Assembly: GCA_963724765.1 (NCBI GenBank)
Contig: CAVRVY010000002.1
Location: 128,001-192,000, forward strand
Direction: 5' to 3'
Origin: an uncultured delta proteobacterium
GTDB lineage: Bacteria; Desulfobacterota; Binatia; Binatales; Binataceae
Length of the DNA: 64,000 bases
Shown here: positions 9,867 to 20,324 of the stretch, piece after piece
Layout of the letters: every line of letters begins with the position of its first letter
Position numbering within the stretch: the first letter of the stretch is position 1
Made by a program: the position numbers and the translations under genes
The notes under the pieces: model-generated
What the model was told of the DNA's origin: nothing
Seen by the model: the letters and a program-made list of their open reading frames with translations, nothing else
Database searches by the model: none

Positions 9867-10017
9867 ACTTCCCCGCCCGCGCTGCGCTAAAACGTTTGGC
9901 GGGCGCCCCTTTGAAGCGGCACCCGCCAACATTTAACCCGAAGTACGGTAAGGAAACGAGAGCGCAGGGTCCGGGAGAATCCCGGTGGACCGCTAAACGG
10001 GACCGATTCGCGAGATC

Positions 10018-11247
10018 TTAGCGTCCAGCGGCAGGGGCCGCTTCGGCATGCCCGTTGGCCGCCGCGCCCGCGCTCGGCGCGGCCGCAAGGCCGCAGAAGG
10101 CTTCGTAGTCGATTAGCCCGGTCTGCGTCGGATGGTCGCTGCAGACGGGGCACTTCGGATCGCGCTTGATTTTGAGCACGCGCACGTAATCCTTCGACAG
10201 CGTGTCGAAATAGACCATCCGTCCGATCAGCGGCTCGCCCGCGCCCAGGATTAGTTTGATCGCCTCGAGCGCCTCGATCGAGCCGATTATCCCCGGCAGC
10301 GCACCCAACACGCCCGCCTCGGCGCACGACGGCGCCATGTCCGGCGGCGCCGGCTCCGGGTACAGGCATCGGTAGCAGGGTCCGCCCGCGGCGGGGTGGA
10401 AGACCGTGGCGTTGCCCTCGAAGCGGAAGATCGCGCCATCGACCAGCGGCTTGTGCGCCAACACGCAGGCGTCGTTGATCAGGTAGCGCGTGGGGAAATT
10501 GTCGCCGCAGTTAACCACGACGTCGTAATTTTTGATGATGTCCATCACGTTGTCCGAGGTGAGCCGGACCTCGTGGCGGTTGACCTTGATGCCGGGGTTG
10601 ATCGCGTTGATCGATTTCTGCGCCGACTCAGTCTTGAGCATCCCGACCCGGTCGGTCGTATGGATTATCTGGCGCTGCAGGTTGGAGAGATCGACCACGT
10701 CGAAGTCCACCAGTCCGAGCGTGCCCACGCCCGCCGCCGCCAGATAGAGCGAGGAGGACGAACCCAGCGCGCCCGCGCCGAGCAGCAGCACCTTGGCGTC
10801 GAGCAGCTTGGCCTGCCCCTTCTCGCCGACCTCCGGAATCACGAAGTGACGTGAGTACCGCGCAAGCTCGTCGGCAGTGAATTGGCGGTCGGCCGTCCAC
10901 GGCAGGCCGCGGTCCTTCCAGGCGTTGAAGCCGCCGGTCAGGTTGTACACGTTCTCGTAGCCCATCTCGCGCAGCGACCGCGCCGCGAGCAGCGAGCGCG
11001 TGCCCGAGGCGCATTGCAGGATGACCGGCGCTTTGTGATCCGGCACCTTCTCTTCGACCCGCAGTTCCAGGAAGCCGCGTGGGATTCCGATCGCCTGCGG
11101 AATATGCCCCTGGCGCCATTCATCGCCCTCGCGGACGTCGAGCAGCACCGTGCCCGGCTTTTCGAGCATCCTGCGCGCCTCGTCTATATCGATCGATTTA
11201 ATCTGGGCGCGCGCCTCATCGAGAATATTCTTTGAAGTCTTGGCCAT
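10018..11247 (-). CDS. moeB: Rhodanese-ThiF/MoeB fusion (sulfur-carrier adenylyltransferase/sulfurtransferase), rhodanese N-terminal
   Basis: Rhodanese CASGTRS loop; RYSRH, GAGALG, SNLQRQ, CYRC...CPVC Zn motifs. Confidence 0.85.
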   Translation of the reverse strand: MAKTSKNILDEARAQIKSIDIDEARRMLEKPGTVLLDVREGDEWRQGHIPQAIGIPRGFLELRVEEKVPDHKAPVILQCASGTRSLLAARSLREMGYENVYNLTGGFNAWKDRGLPWTADRQFTADELARYSRHFVIPEVGEKGQAKLLDAKVLLLGAGALGSSSSLYLAAAGVGTLGLVDFDVVDLSNLQRQIIHTTDRVGMLKTESAQKSINAINPGIKVNRHEVRLTSDNVMDIIKNYDVVVNCGDNFPTRYLINDACVLAHKPLVDGAIFRFEGNATVFHPAAGGPCYRCLYPEPAPPDMAPSCAEAGVLGALPGIIGSIEALEAIKLILGAGEPLIGRMVYFDTLSKDYVRVLKIKRDPKCPVCSDHPTQTGLIDYEAFCGLAAAPSAGAAANGHAEAAPAAGR

Positions 11248-11363
11248 AGTTTTGGACCGTGTCGGCTGGAATTCAGTCCTTAGATTACATCATTTGTCAT
11301 CTATTGAAGCCAGAGCCAAAAATAACCATCATTTCGGCCCTGTCGATACCCTCCGGGCGCCTC

Positions 11364-11852
11364 TCAGCCGCCGAGCATCCGATGCGATTCGAGGATCGAG
11401 CGCACGAAATCGAGCACGCGCTGGGCGTGGCCGCGCGGCGTGACCTCATGGAAGGCTCGCGCCACGCGCTGGTCCGCGTTGAGCACGAAGGTCGAACGCG
11501 CGGCGACCCCGCCACGGAACACGCCAAAGGCGCTCGCCAGCTCGCCCTTGGGATCCGAGAGCAGCGTAAAGGGGAAGGCGTGCTTTTCAGCGAACGCGCG
11601 ATGGGATTCCACCGAATCGACGCTGACGCCGACGACCACACACTTGAGCCCCGCGAACGCTTCATCAAGGTCGCGGAACTCCTTGCCCTCGACCGTGCAT
11701 CCGGGCGTGTCGTCGGCCGGGTAGAAATAAACCACGAGGCTCTTTCCGCGAAACTCCGCCAGCCGGCGCTCTTTGCCATGCTGATCGCGGAGCGCGATCT
11801 GCGCCGCCGCGCCCGGGTCGTCGCCCGCGCGCAAGCCCTCAGTGGACGGCAT
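11364..11852 (-). CDS. bcp: Peroxiredoxin, BCP/PrxQ family
   Basis: YFYPADDTPGCTVE, GVSVDSVESHRAFAEKH. Confidence 0.85.
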   Translation of the reverse strand: MPSTEGLRAGDDPGAAAQIALRDQHGKERRLAEFRGKSLVVYFYPADDTPGCTVEGKEFRDLDEAFAGLKCVVVGVSVDSVESHRAFAEKHAFPFTLLSDPKGELASAFGVFRGGVAARSTFVLNADQRVARAFHEVTPRGHAQRVLDFVRSILESHRMLGG

Positions 11853-13149
11853 GAGTCTCGGCCTCGCTGAGCGCGCGGCGGGCGGCGAACTTGATCGCGG
11901 CGTTGTCGATATTCACCGAGCACAGCGATCCGCACATGCTGCACACGTTGGAGCCCGAGGCCTCGCTCTCTTCCTTGTAACGGCGCGCCTTGTCGGGATC
12001 CATCGCCATCGCGTACATGCCCTCCCAGTTAAGGGCCTTGCGATAGCGCGACATCTGGTCGTTCCAAACTTTGGCCGCGCGCACGCCCTTGACGAGATCG
12101 CCCGAGTGCGCGGCGATTCGGGTCGCGATCACGCCCTCGCGCACGTCGTCGATATCGGGCAGGCGCAGATGCTCGGCCGGAGTGACGTAGCACAGGAAGT
12201 CGGTGCCGGCGGCGGAGGCTATTGCGCCGCCGATTGCGCCCGTGATGTGGTCGTAGCCGGGGGCGACGTCGCAGGTCAGCGGGCCCAGCACGTAGAACGG
12301 CGCGCCGCCGCAGATGCGCTTTTCGAGCTGCACGTTGGCCTCGATCTGGTCGAGCGGTACGTGGCCCGGCCCCTCGATCATCACCTGCACGCCCAAGTTG
12401 CGCGCGCGCTCGGTCAGTTCGCCGAGCACTAGCAATTCGGCTATCTGGCCGCGATCGGTGGCGTCGCCGGTGGCGCCCGGACGCAGTCCGTCGCCGAGCG
12501 AAATCGTCACGTCATGCTCGCGCAGGATCGCGCAGACCTCGTCGAAGTGCTCGTAGAGCGGGTTCTCGCGCCCCGTGCGTTCCATCCAGGCCGCGAGCAG
12601 CGCACCGCCACGCGACACGATACCCTCGATCCGCTGATGCTGACGCAGGCGGGCGACGCTCTCGCGCGTCACCCCGCAGTGCAGCGTCATGTAGTCGACG
12701 CCCTGGCACGCCTGGCGCTCGATCACTTCGAGAAAGAACTCGCGCTCAAGCTCCATGATCGAGTGCTCGGAGGCGACCTGGTAAATCGGCACCGTGCCGA
12801 GGATGACAGTGCATCGCGAGAGCAACTCGGCGCGAATCTTGTCGAGATCGGTGCCGGTCGAGAGGTCCATCACCGAATCCGCGCCGAAGCGCACCGCGGT
12901 GTAAAGCTTCTCGACCTCTTCGTCGAGCAGCTGATGAAAGTTCGAAGCGCCGATATTGGCGTTGACCTTGGTGCGCAACCGTTTGCCGATTCCGATCGCG
13001 CGGAAGTCGTGATGGACGTTGTGCGGGATGACCGCCTCGCCGCTGGCGACGAGTCCGCGGATTTCCTCGGGCGCGAGGCCCTCGTCCTCGGCGACTTCGA
13101 TCATCTGCGGGGTGACGATCCCTTTGCGCGCGGCTTCAATCTGGGTCAT
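11839..13149 (-). CDS. thiC: Phosphomethylpyrimidine synthase ThiC (short form)
   Basis: MTQIEAARKG, TKVNANIG, MDLSTG, SRGG, GDGLRPG, EGPGH, GYDHIT, C-terminal CSMCGSLC. Confidence 0.9.
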   Translation of the reverse strand: MTQIEAARKGIVTPQMIEVAEDEGLAPEEIRGLVASGEAVIPHNVHHDFRAIGIGKRLRTKVNANIGASNFHQLLDEEVEKLYTAVRFGADSVMDLSTGTDLDKIRAELLSRCTVILGTVPIYQVASEHSIMELEREFFLEVIERQACQGVDYMTLHCGVTRESVARLRQHQRIEGIVSRGGALLAAWMERTGRENPLYEHFDEVCAILREHDVTISLGDGLRPGATGDATDRGQIAELLVLGELTERARNLGVQVMIEGPGHVPLDQIEANVQLEKRICGGAPFYVLGPLTCDVAPGYDHITGAIGGAIASAAGTDFLCYVTPAEHLRLPDIDDVREGVIATRIAAHSGDLVKGVRAAKVWNDQMSRYRKALNWEGMYAMAMDPDKARRYKEESEASGSNVCSMCGSLCSVNIDNAAIKFAARRALSEAETHAVH

Positions 13150-13357
13150 GTCGGGCATACCTCGGGTGAAACGTTCCAAAGACTACTTATACTCCATGTG
13201 GACGCCGTTCGTCACGGGCCGGCGAATCGGCTTAGGGCAAATCGGCTGCAGGCAATCAGCTGCAGGATAGATCGAAGTCAAGTCCGCGGCACTGCGATCG
13301 CTCGGCGGGCAGTGCGCAACCTCGAACGGCCACTATAGGTGGGGGCCGGAATCGTGG

Positions 13358-13918
13358 TCAAGTTGAGCGCTGGAGGAACTCCGTCTCCTCAGCAGTCGAG
13401 GCGCGGCCCAGGACGGCGTTGCGATGCGGAAAGCGGCCGAAGCGGCGGATCAATCCGATGTGCTGTTCGGCGTACTGGACGTACCCGGCCATCGCGGGAT
13501 GCTCCGCGGCGAGCTTGTGAAAGAGCCTGACCGATTCCTTCTGATCGTCGAGATTTTCGCTGTGCTGAAACGGGAGATAGATGAAGGGCCGCTGGACCGG
13601 CGGCAGCGCGAGGTCGAATCCGCGCGCGCCCGCGTCTTTCGCCGTCGCGAGCGCCTTTGGATCGGTGGCAAAGGCGCGCGGAGCGCCGCGGAAGATGTTG
13701 CGGGGAAACTGGTCGAGCAGAAGGACCAGCGCGAGCGTACTCGACGGCTCCTCCTTCCAGCGATCGAGTTCGCCGCCGGCTGCGCGTTCATGATCGGTCA
13801 TAAAACCGGCTCTGCAGGCCTGGTCGAAGGCGGCGTCCTGCGCGAACCATCGCCGCTCGCGCGCCGGGTCGGAGCCGTCGCCGAACCAGAACTCGAGAAT
13901 TTCGTTGACGCGTTCCAT
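13358..13918 (-). CDS. DUF924 family protein
   Basis: ILEFWF, LLDQFPRNIFRG, YLPFQHSE, RFGRFPHRN. Confidence 0.9.
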   Translation of the reverse strand: MERVNEILEFWFGDGSDPARERRWFAQDAAFDQACRAGFMTDHERAAGGELDRWKEEPSSTLALVLLLDQFPRNIFRGAPRAFATDPKALATAKDAGARGFDLALPPVQRPFIYLPFQHSENLDDQKESVRLFHKLAAEHPAMAGYVQYAEQHIGLIRRFGRFPHRNAVLGRASTAEETEFLQRST

Positions 13919-13980
13919 CGAAAGCTTGCTGGCAACACAAAACCGATCGGTTCGAACTATCTAGTTGGCTCTATACCGCC

Positions 13981-16587
13981 TCAACCACGTACAAGCGGCG
14001 ATACCATACTCGAGAGGGTTTCAATGAGTTCGGAGAGTTGGCCAACGTCGATGGGCTTCGCCAGGTATCCGTCGAATCCAACCTCGTCCGCGCGTTCGCG
14101 ATATTCCGGCCGAGCGTAACCTGTCAGCGCAACCAGCACTATGCCTCGGCCGTCAGGCATCGATCTGATGCGCCTGGCAACAGCGTAACCGTCCAGTCCC
14201 GGCAGGCCGATATCAACTAGTGCGACGTCGGGCCGGACAGCGACAGCCTTTTCAACGCCGCTTGGCCCGTCGGGAGCCTCGTATACATGGTGCCCCGACA
14301 ACTCCAGCCAGGCGCGCAGACTCTCGCGCACGTCGGCGTTGTCTTCAATGATCAAAATCCGGCGCGGCGCCTTAGCCGCATCCGGACCGCTTGAGAAATG
14401 TTCTATGGTCAACGCTGGTGCGGCGATGCTTGGCAAACGCACAATGAAGGTGCTGCCTTTACCCGGCCCTTCGCTGAAGGCTTCTGCCGTACCGCCATGT
14501 AGCTCCGCCAGGCGCCGGACCAGCGTCAGTCCAATACCCAAACCAGCGTGTGTGCGATCAAGATCAACCTCACCCTGAACGAAGAGATCGAAAATACGCG
14601 GAAGAAGACCTGCCGGAATACCTACCCCAGTATCCTTGACTCGGATAACGGCGTACTCATCTTCTGCCGCAGTGCTCACCAGTATGCTACCGCCAGAAGG
14701 AGAGTATTTTACCGCATTGGACACCAGGTTGATCACGATTTGCGCCAAACGATCGGGATCGCCATCGACCCACACAGGGGCTGCCTCGACAAGAATGTGC
14801 AGGTCTCCCAACTGCTTTGTCGCGGTCAACTGTTTGATACAGCCCGATATGCATTCTGCAATGTTTGTGGGCTGACGACGCAGATGGATCTTGCGTGTCG
14901 TCACGCGCGCGACGTCAAGCAGATCGTCCACAAGGCGCAAGAGTTGTTCAACTTGCCGGACAATGATGGCATGCGCTTGAGGCTCCAGGTCTCGCGGTCC
15001 GTCGGCGCGCGTGAGAAGATTCATCGCCATGGAGATGGCGGCCAGCGGGTTACGCAGTTCGTGCCCCAGCATCGCCAGGAATTCATCCTTCGCCTGATTG
15101 GCCGCTTCCGCGGCTTCCCGCGAGCTTCGTTCCCGCTCGAGCAGTTGCGTACGCTCGATGGCCAGGGCGGCGCGTTGAGCCACGCGGCGGATGAGATCGA
15201 GATCATCGACAGTAAATTCACGAAGCCGCGTCGAGCCAGCGTGAATGACACCGATCAGGCGGCCCTCGATCTTTAGCGGCGAACCAATGAGCGATTTAAC
15301 CTTCTGCCGAAGAAGCGGACTAACTGCATCGATGGCGGTCAGATCGTTGAAAATCAGGCCCTCCTCACTAGTCGCGATTCTTCCTGCGGCACCCTCTCCC
15401 AGTGGAATCTGAATATTCTCATTTAACTCTTCCCTGAGCCCGGCAGAGCTAAACGGAGAAAGATGTACGCCGTCCGGGCCCAAAAGCAGAACGGTTGCGG
15501 TGTCGGAGTCGAGCGCTGAGCGTAAGCGATCGAGTAGCTCATGCAGCAGCATTTCCCGGGTTTCCTGAAACAAGGCGACGTCGGTCACCATCTGGAGCCG
15601 GCGCAGCATCGACGACGCCTTTCTCGCCTCCGCTTGCGCCTCATCCAGCTTTGGGCGTTGCAAAACCTCGCTGGCCACAGCCAAGCTCATGAATCCGATC
15701 AATCCCACGAAAGTTTGTAAGAGTATGATCGCTTCGTCGCGAGTGCACTGGGCGAAAGGACCGAATCCGTGCAGCGTCCCGGCGAGGGCGAGGCCGGACA
15801 GTATAAGAGTCGTAGTAGCGGTCTCGCGAATGCCCAGACGAAATGCTGCCCAGAGCAGCAACGGCACAAAGAAGAAACTGAGCGGATATCGCTGAATAGT
15901 CACCGGCAGCCATCCGCCGAACACCAGACCCCCGATTACTGCCAGCGAAACCAGCAACAGTACCGCCTCCATTGCCTTGGCGCGGCTCCAATGCAGGCGA
16001 GGATTTGTACACCACAGAATAAGGAACGGAGCGACGACCATGTCGCCGGATGCATCGCCCGACCACCAGGTCAACCATATCCAGTGGTAATTGGACCAAC
16101 TCGCATATCCGCCCAAACAGAGGCTGGTAACCCCGATGGTAGCGGCTACCGTTGTGCTGACGATGACGGCCAGGAAAAAAAACTTGAAGACATTCTGAGT
16201 TCGGTAGAAGCTATTCCTCCCGCCGGCAAAACGATTTACTAGATATGCACCGACCAGTGCTTCCAGCGTGTTGCCGATAGCGATGCCGAGCGACGTTGTT
16301 AGTGAACCAGCCGTCGTAAGGTTGACCAGAAAGGCACCCGCAAAGACGCCCGGCCAAACCCAAGAGCCGAAAAGGAGAATTCCCGCCAGAGATATACCGG
16401 TCGGCGCCCATATAACGGTGGTGCTGGGATGAAACGTCGCAAAGCGCAGTCCGATTTTGCCCGCGATGAAATAGAAGACAGCTAGACTGATGAGGATCGC
16501 CAGACCCGTGGCAGTTTGAAAGTCAGCAAAGGCGGAAGCTCGCCACATCGGATGGACGTAGGCCTCAACTACCTCCGTCTCATCCAT
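13981..16587 (-). CDS. Hybrid sensor histidine kinase: MASE1-GAF-HisKA-HATPase-REC
   Basis: MASE1 TM region (IWAPTGI, LTWWSGD), [17 protein letters not shown]-box, NAVKY/GLGIGL, receiver DIGLPGLDG. Confidence 0.9.
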   Translation of the reverse strand: MDETEVVEAYVHPMWRASAFADFQTATGLAILISLAVFYFIAGKIGLRFATFHPSTTVIWAPTGISLAGILLFGSWVWPGVFAGAFLVNLTTAGSLTTSLGIAIGNTLEALVGAYLVNRFAGGRNSFYRTQNVFKFFFLAVIVSTTVAATIGVTSLCLGGYASWSNYHWIWLTWWSGDASGDMVVAPFLILWCTNPRLHWSRAKAMEAVLLLVSLAVIGGLVFGGWLPVTIQRYPLSFFFVPLLLWAAFRLGIRETATTTLILSGLALAGTLHGFGPFAQCTRDEAIILLQTFVGLIGFMSLAVASEVLQRPKLDEAQAEARKASSMLRRLQMVTDVALFQETREMLLHELLDRLRSALDSDTATVLLLGPDGVHLSPFSSAGLREELNENIQIPLGEGAAGRIATSEEGLIFNDLTAIDAVSPLLRQKVKSLIGSPLKIEGRLIGVIHAGSTRLREFTVDDLDLIRRVAQRAALAIERTQLLERERSSREAAEAANQAKDEFLAMLGHELRNPLAAISMAMNLLTRADGPRDLEPQAHAIIVRQVEQLLRLVDDLLDVARVTTRKIHLRRQPTNIAECISGCIKQLTATKQLGDLHILVEAAPVWVDGDPDRLAQIVINLVSNAVKYSPSGGSILVSTAAEDEYAVIRVKDTGVGIPAGLLPRIFDLFVQGEVDLDRTHAGLGIGLTLVRRLAELHGGTAEAFSEGPGKGSTFIVRLPSIAAPALTIEHFSSGPDAAKAPRRILIIEDNADVRESLRAWLELSGHHVYEAPDGPSGVEKAVAVRPDVALVDIGLPGLDGYAVARRIRSMPDGRGIVLVALTGYARPEYRERADEVGFDGYLAKPIDVGQLSELIETLSSMVSPLVRG

Positions 16588-16796
16588 TGCAAGTCGCTCG
16601 CGGCGCGTATCTAAAGGACGCCATTGTCGCTGACAAATTCATCCATTGTGGTCAATGCGCATAGCGCCGCACCGCGAAACAATGTACTCCGACGGTATCG
16701 ACGCGCAAAGCGGGAAACTGGCATGTTGCGCTCGCTTCAGGGGCACGATTAAGGAATATTCTGTCTGAGTTCCGGGGGCCGCCAGGAAAGCCTCTT

Positions 16797-18200
16797 ATGC
16801 AGAAGATCATCCACCTCAATGCGTTCAACCAGTGCGCGGCGGCGCTGCAATCGTTCGGACAGTTCCGCAACCCGCGCGACCGCACGTCGGAGCAATATAC
16901 CTCGACGCGTTTCTGGGTCGATCTCGCGCGCACGCTGGAGGCCGGATGCTTTGATTCGATTTTCTTCGCCGACGTCCACGGCGCCTACGACGTTTACAAG
17001 GGCAGCGCGGAGGCCGGGATTCGCCACGCCGTGCAATTTCCCGGCAACGATCCGACGATGCTGTTCCCCGCGATGGCGGAGGCCACGCGCCATCTCGGCT
17101 TCATCTCTACTTACAGCACGACCTACTATCCGCCGTTCCACACCGCCAAGCTCTTCTCCTCGCTCGACCATTTCACCGGCGGCCGCGTTGGATGGAATAT
17201 CGTGACCTCGTACCTGGACAGCGCTTGCCGCAACGGCCTGGGCGAGATGCTCCCGCACGACCAGCGCTACGAGCGCGCCGAGGAATACATGGAGGTGGCG
17301 TACAAGCTGTGGGAGGCGAGCTGGGAGGAGGACGCGATCGTACGCGACTCCGCCCGCGACATGCATACCGACCCTGCCCGCGTTCATGCGATCCATCACA
17401 AGGGCAAATATTTCGAGGTCGAGGGGCCGCACATGTGCGAGCCGTCGGCGCAGCGCACGCCGCTCTTGTTGCAGGCCGGTCAGTCGAGCCGCGGCGTCGC
17501 GTTCGGCGCGCGCCACGGAGAGGCGCTGTTCCTGGTCTATCCGACGATCGAGGTCACCCGGGCGCGCGTGGCGCGCATCCGCGCCGCCGTCCGCGAGCAG
17601 GGGCGCGAGCCCAGCCACGTCAAGCTGGTGCTGGCGCTGTCGGTCATCGTCGCGGAGACGGATGAGGAGGCGCGTCTGAAGGAGCATCGCCTGCGCTCGT
17701 ACGCCAGCCCCGAAGGCGCGTTCGCGCTGTTCGGCGGATGGACGGGCGTCGACTTGGCGCAATTCCGCGACGACGACGTGCTGGACCGTTTTCCTTCGGA
17801 GGGGATCAAGTCGGCCGCGCGATGGTTCTCGGCGGTGCATCCGGAGCGCTCGCCGCTCACGCTGGCCGAGGCGCGCGAGGAGATGAAACTCGCGAGTCTG
17901 ATGCCGCTCATCGTCGGTGAGCCTGCGCGCGTCGCTGACGAGATCGAGCGTTGGGTCGACGAAACCGGGATCGACGGCATCAACCTGGTGCCGATCTACC
18001 AGCCCGGCAGCTTCACCGAGTTCATCGAACTGGTGGTGCCCGAGTTGCAGCGCCGCGGCCGCGTGCGCACCGGCTACGACGGCGCCACGCTGCGCGAGAA
18101 CCTGTTCGGAGGAGGCCATCAACGCCTGTTGCCCGACCATCCGGCCTATCGAATCGCCGGGGTCGTCGCCCAGCGCCCAATCCGCGCCGCGAACGCCTAA
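16797..18200 (+). CDS. NtaA/DmoA/DszA family FMN-dependent monooxygenase
   Basis: IHLNAF, FFADVHG, SLDHFTGGRVGWNIVTS, HDQRY, QRTPLLLQAGQS, TLRENL. Confidence 0.9.
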   Translation: MQKIIHLNAFNQCAAALQSFGQFRNPRDRTSEQYTSTRFWVDLARTLEAGCFDSIFFADVHGAYDVYKGSAEAGIRHAVQFPGNDPTMLFPAMAEATRHLGFISTYSTTYYPPFHTAKLFSSLDHFTGGRVGWNIVTSYLDSACRNGLGEMLPHDQRYERAEEYMEVAYKLWEASWEEDAIVRDSARDMHTDPARVHAIHHKGKYFEVEGPHMCEPSAQRTPLLLQAGQSSRGVAFGARHGEALFLVYPTIEVTRARVARIRAAVREQGREPSHVKLVLALSVIVAETDEEARLKEHRLRSYASPEGAFALFGGWTGVDLAQFRDDDVLDRFPSEGIKSAARWFSAVHPERSPLTLAEAREEMKLASLMPLIVGEPARVADEIERWVDETGIDGINLVPIYQPGSFTEFIELVVPELQRRGRVRTGYDGATLRENLFGGGHQRLLPDHPAYRIAGVVAQRPIRAANA

Positions 18201-19266
18201 CAGCGGCGCAGCCAGATCTCGCGCCAGTAGTGATAGTTGCCGCGCGCGCAGAATGAGCGCTGTCCGTGGCAATGCACGGAGGTCAGTATGATGCACTCGT
18301 TGCGAAACTCGCGCATCATGCCGGTGCGTTCGTCTATTCGCCGTTCCATCCGCGCGAACACTGGAAACTTGCGCCCGCAGAACTGAAACATCTCGGCCTT
18401 GAATTCCATCCCGCGGTTGCAGGCATTGCGATCGAGCGTGCGCAGTATCTCGAGCGCGCTGCGCACCTGCACCCATTCTCCAACCTGCAGATCCAGGCGT
18501 TGCGAAGGCGTTTTCTTGTAGCGCTCGGCATTCCACGGCGTTCGAGCCCAGGCGGTGAACGCGGACAGGATCACTTTTCCTCGCGCGTAAGCCCACAGGA
18601 CCCGCAGTTCGCCAGGCCCGATCTTCGCCGACCCACAGTCGCGGACGACTCCGGCCAGGTAGTTCGCGGTACAGCCGAGCAAGATGGGGCAGCTGGCTGA
18701 ATTCAACTCGGTCGCCTGGCAGATAAGTTTTCTATCCGGCCGCTCCACCGTGTGGCTCGGGCGCTCGCGATCCGTCACCTGACCATTGGGGTTGGGCTTC
18801 GCTGATTCGTTCGAAGCGGAAGCCTGCCCGCCTTGTGCGGCGCGATGCGCACTTCCATTGCTGCTTTCGCTTACGCGCCGGAGCCAGGCCTCCTTCCAGA
18901 ACAGCAAGCACGCAGCCTGGCAGGCGTAGTGGGCGGAGCCGTCACAGCGCAGTGCCTCAAGATGAACCGTGTTTTCTATTCGCCGCGGCTGCCCGCCGGC
19001 GCAACTGCTGTCGGCCCGTCGCGCCACGCGAAAACGCCGCCGCAGTACTTCTGCATCTCCGACATGAACGGAAGGCCGTCCAGTTTGCCGTCGGCATCGA
19101 GGATTATTTCCGCCGCGCCTCGGACTTCAACAAGCTCGCCGGGTTTCAGGTCAAGTACTTCGGTGGGGCCAGATTGAGGGCCGGAAGCCGCATTCGCGAG
19201 GGCATAGATGTCGTTATCAGGCGGACTTTGAAGGTCAGGAAAGCGTTTTGCCGCAACGTTCACCAC
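18197..19266 (-). pseudogene. Cys-rich two-repeat hypothetical protein, frameshifted (1-nt deletion near 19038)
   Basis: N-part LKPGELVEVRGAAEI...GLPFMSEMQKYCG continues in another frame as (RRF)RVARRAD...RCDGSAHYACQAACLLFWKEAWL; second repeat LQVGEWVQVRSALEILRTLD...EMFQFCGRKF...YWREIWLRR. Confidence 0.7.
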
Positions 19267-19547
19267 ATTTTGCCAGAACTAAGCAATAAATATGCCTGCG
19301 GCAATTATTGATAGTCTGTATATAATTAATCAGTTAATATGACCAAATTGACATCCTCAGCACCTCTAATTGGATATAAAAAGTTATAATGGGATAATCT
19401 AGTCGAAAAACTTACACTGTCGGCAAAAACGTTTTGTAACACTCGGAACATTTTCCGCGAGCGCAGCCAGCATTTTGGTCCAGCCAGCTGTAACAGTTAA
19501 ACGCGAATGAAGGTCAGCAAGTTCCCGATCGCCTAACTAGGCGGCAG

Positions 19548-20186
19548 TTAGGCGAGAGGAATTTCTTCGCGGCGAGTACTTTGCGAGCCGCTGGTCGGAC
19601 AGGTGAACGCGTATGCTACCCTGATTACCTTCCGCGTCTGCGCGCTGAACAGCACCATCATCACGATGCATGGCTCTATCTGGCCCTGGAGTTCGATCAC
19701 CCGTTCGTCATGCCCGGTGTCCTTGAGTTTGGGATATCGCTTGTGGATGACCTCCGGGTCGAGGCCGGCGAGCGGTGAATGGGCGTCCTCGATAATCACA
19801 AGCTTGTCGTTGTCGTCGAAGAAGAGCGCGTAACCGGTTTCGGGCGGGTTATAGACGGTCGCCGGCTCGGGCTGGATCTTGCCGATTTTTACCTCCGGGA
19901 AGCCAGCCGGCGGTCGCGGATTGCCTGGATAGTCCTGCGGCGCGGCCGGGAACAGCTTGACTACGTCGGCGAGCGCGCTGAGCCCGAGCACCAGGTCGCC
20001 AATCTTTTTTCCGCTCCGCAGCACGGCCGGAAAGTGAAACGGCTCGGCCGCAAGTGCGGGTGGCACCGCGAATGCCGGTACGATGAAGGCAAGTATGATG
20101 ACCGCAAGTATCGGGAGCGGCGCGAGCGCGATTGGCGCGGTTCGCAGCCGGCGGCCCGAGAGACGCCCGCTATTTGCTTGTTTCAT
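19548..20186 (-). CDS. Hypothetical exported protein
   Basis: Hydrophobic signal-like N-terminus (ILAVIILAFIVPAFA..ALAA), typical codon usage, no family recognised. Confidence 0.6.
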   Translation of the reverse strand: MKQANSGRLSGRRLRTAPIALAPLPILAVIILAFIVPAFAVPPALAAEPFHFPAVLRSGKKIGDLVLGLSALADVVKLFPAAPQDYPGNPRPPAGFPEVKIGKIQPEPATVYNPPETGYALFFDDNDKLVIIEDAHSPLAGLDPEVIHKRYPKLKDTGHDERVIELQGQIEPCIVMMVLFSAQTRKVIRVAYAFTCPTSGSQSTRREEIPLA

Positions 20187-20227
20187 TTTCGGTATCCATT
20201 CAATCGCACAGACCAGTTCCCTTTGGA

Positions 20228-20290
20228 TGTAAGGGCCGTTAGGGAACGCCCTCTACAATCCGGCAGGGCTGCGCTTAGGCGGCCCCTACA
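20228..20290. repeat. Two degenerate GTAG-type REP-like palindromes
   Basis: TGTAAGGGC...GCCCTCTACA and GGCAGGGC...GCCCCTACA resemble the TGTAGGGGC..GCCCCTACA REP family. Confidence 0.45.
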
Positions 20291-20324
20291 GTTCATGTGG
20301 CCGTCTGCGTTAGAATAACCCTAC

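Noticed and set aside
16175-16182. T8 run in the MASE1 kinase coding strand
   Set aside because: Encodes Phe-rich TM sequence in a lower-GC gene; unremarkable and in frame.
13981-20186. Genomic island/prophage interpretation of the mixed-GC accessory block
   Set aside because: No integrase, transposase, tRNA target or flanking direct repeats were found; only compositional heterogeneity.
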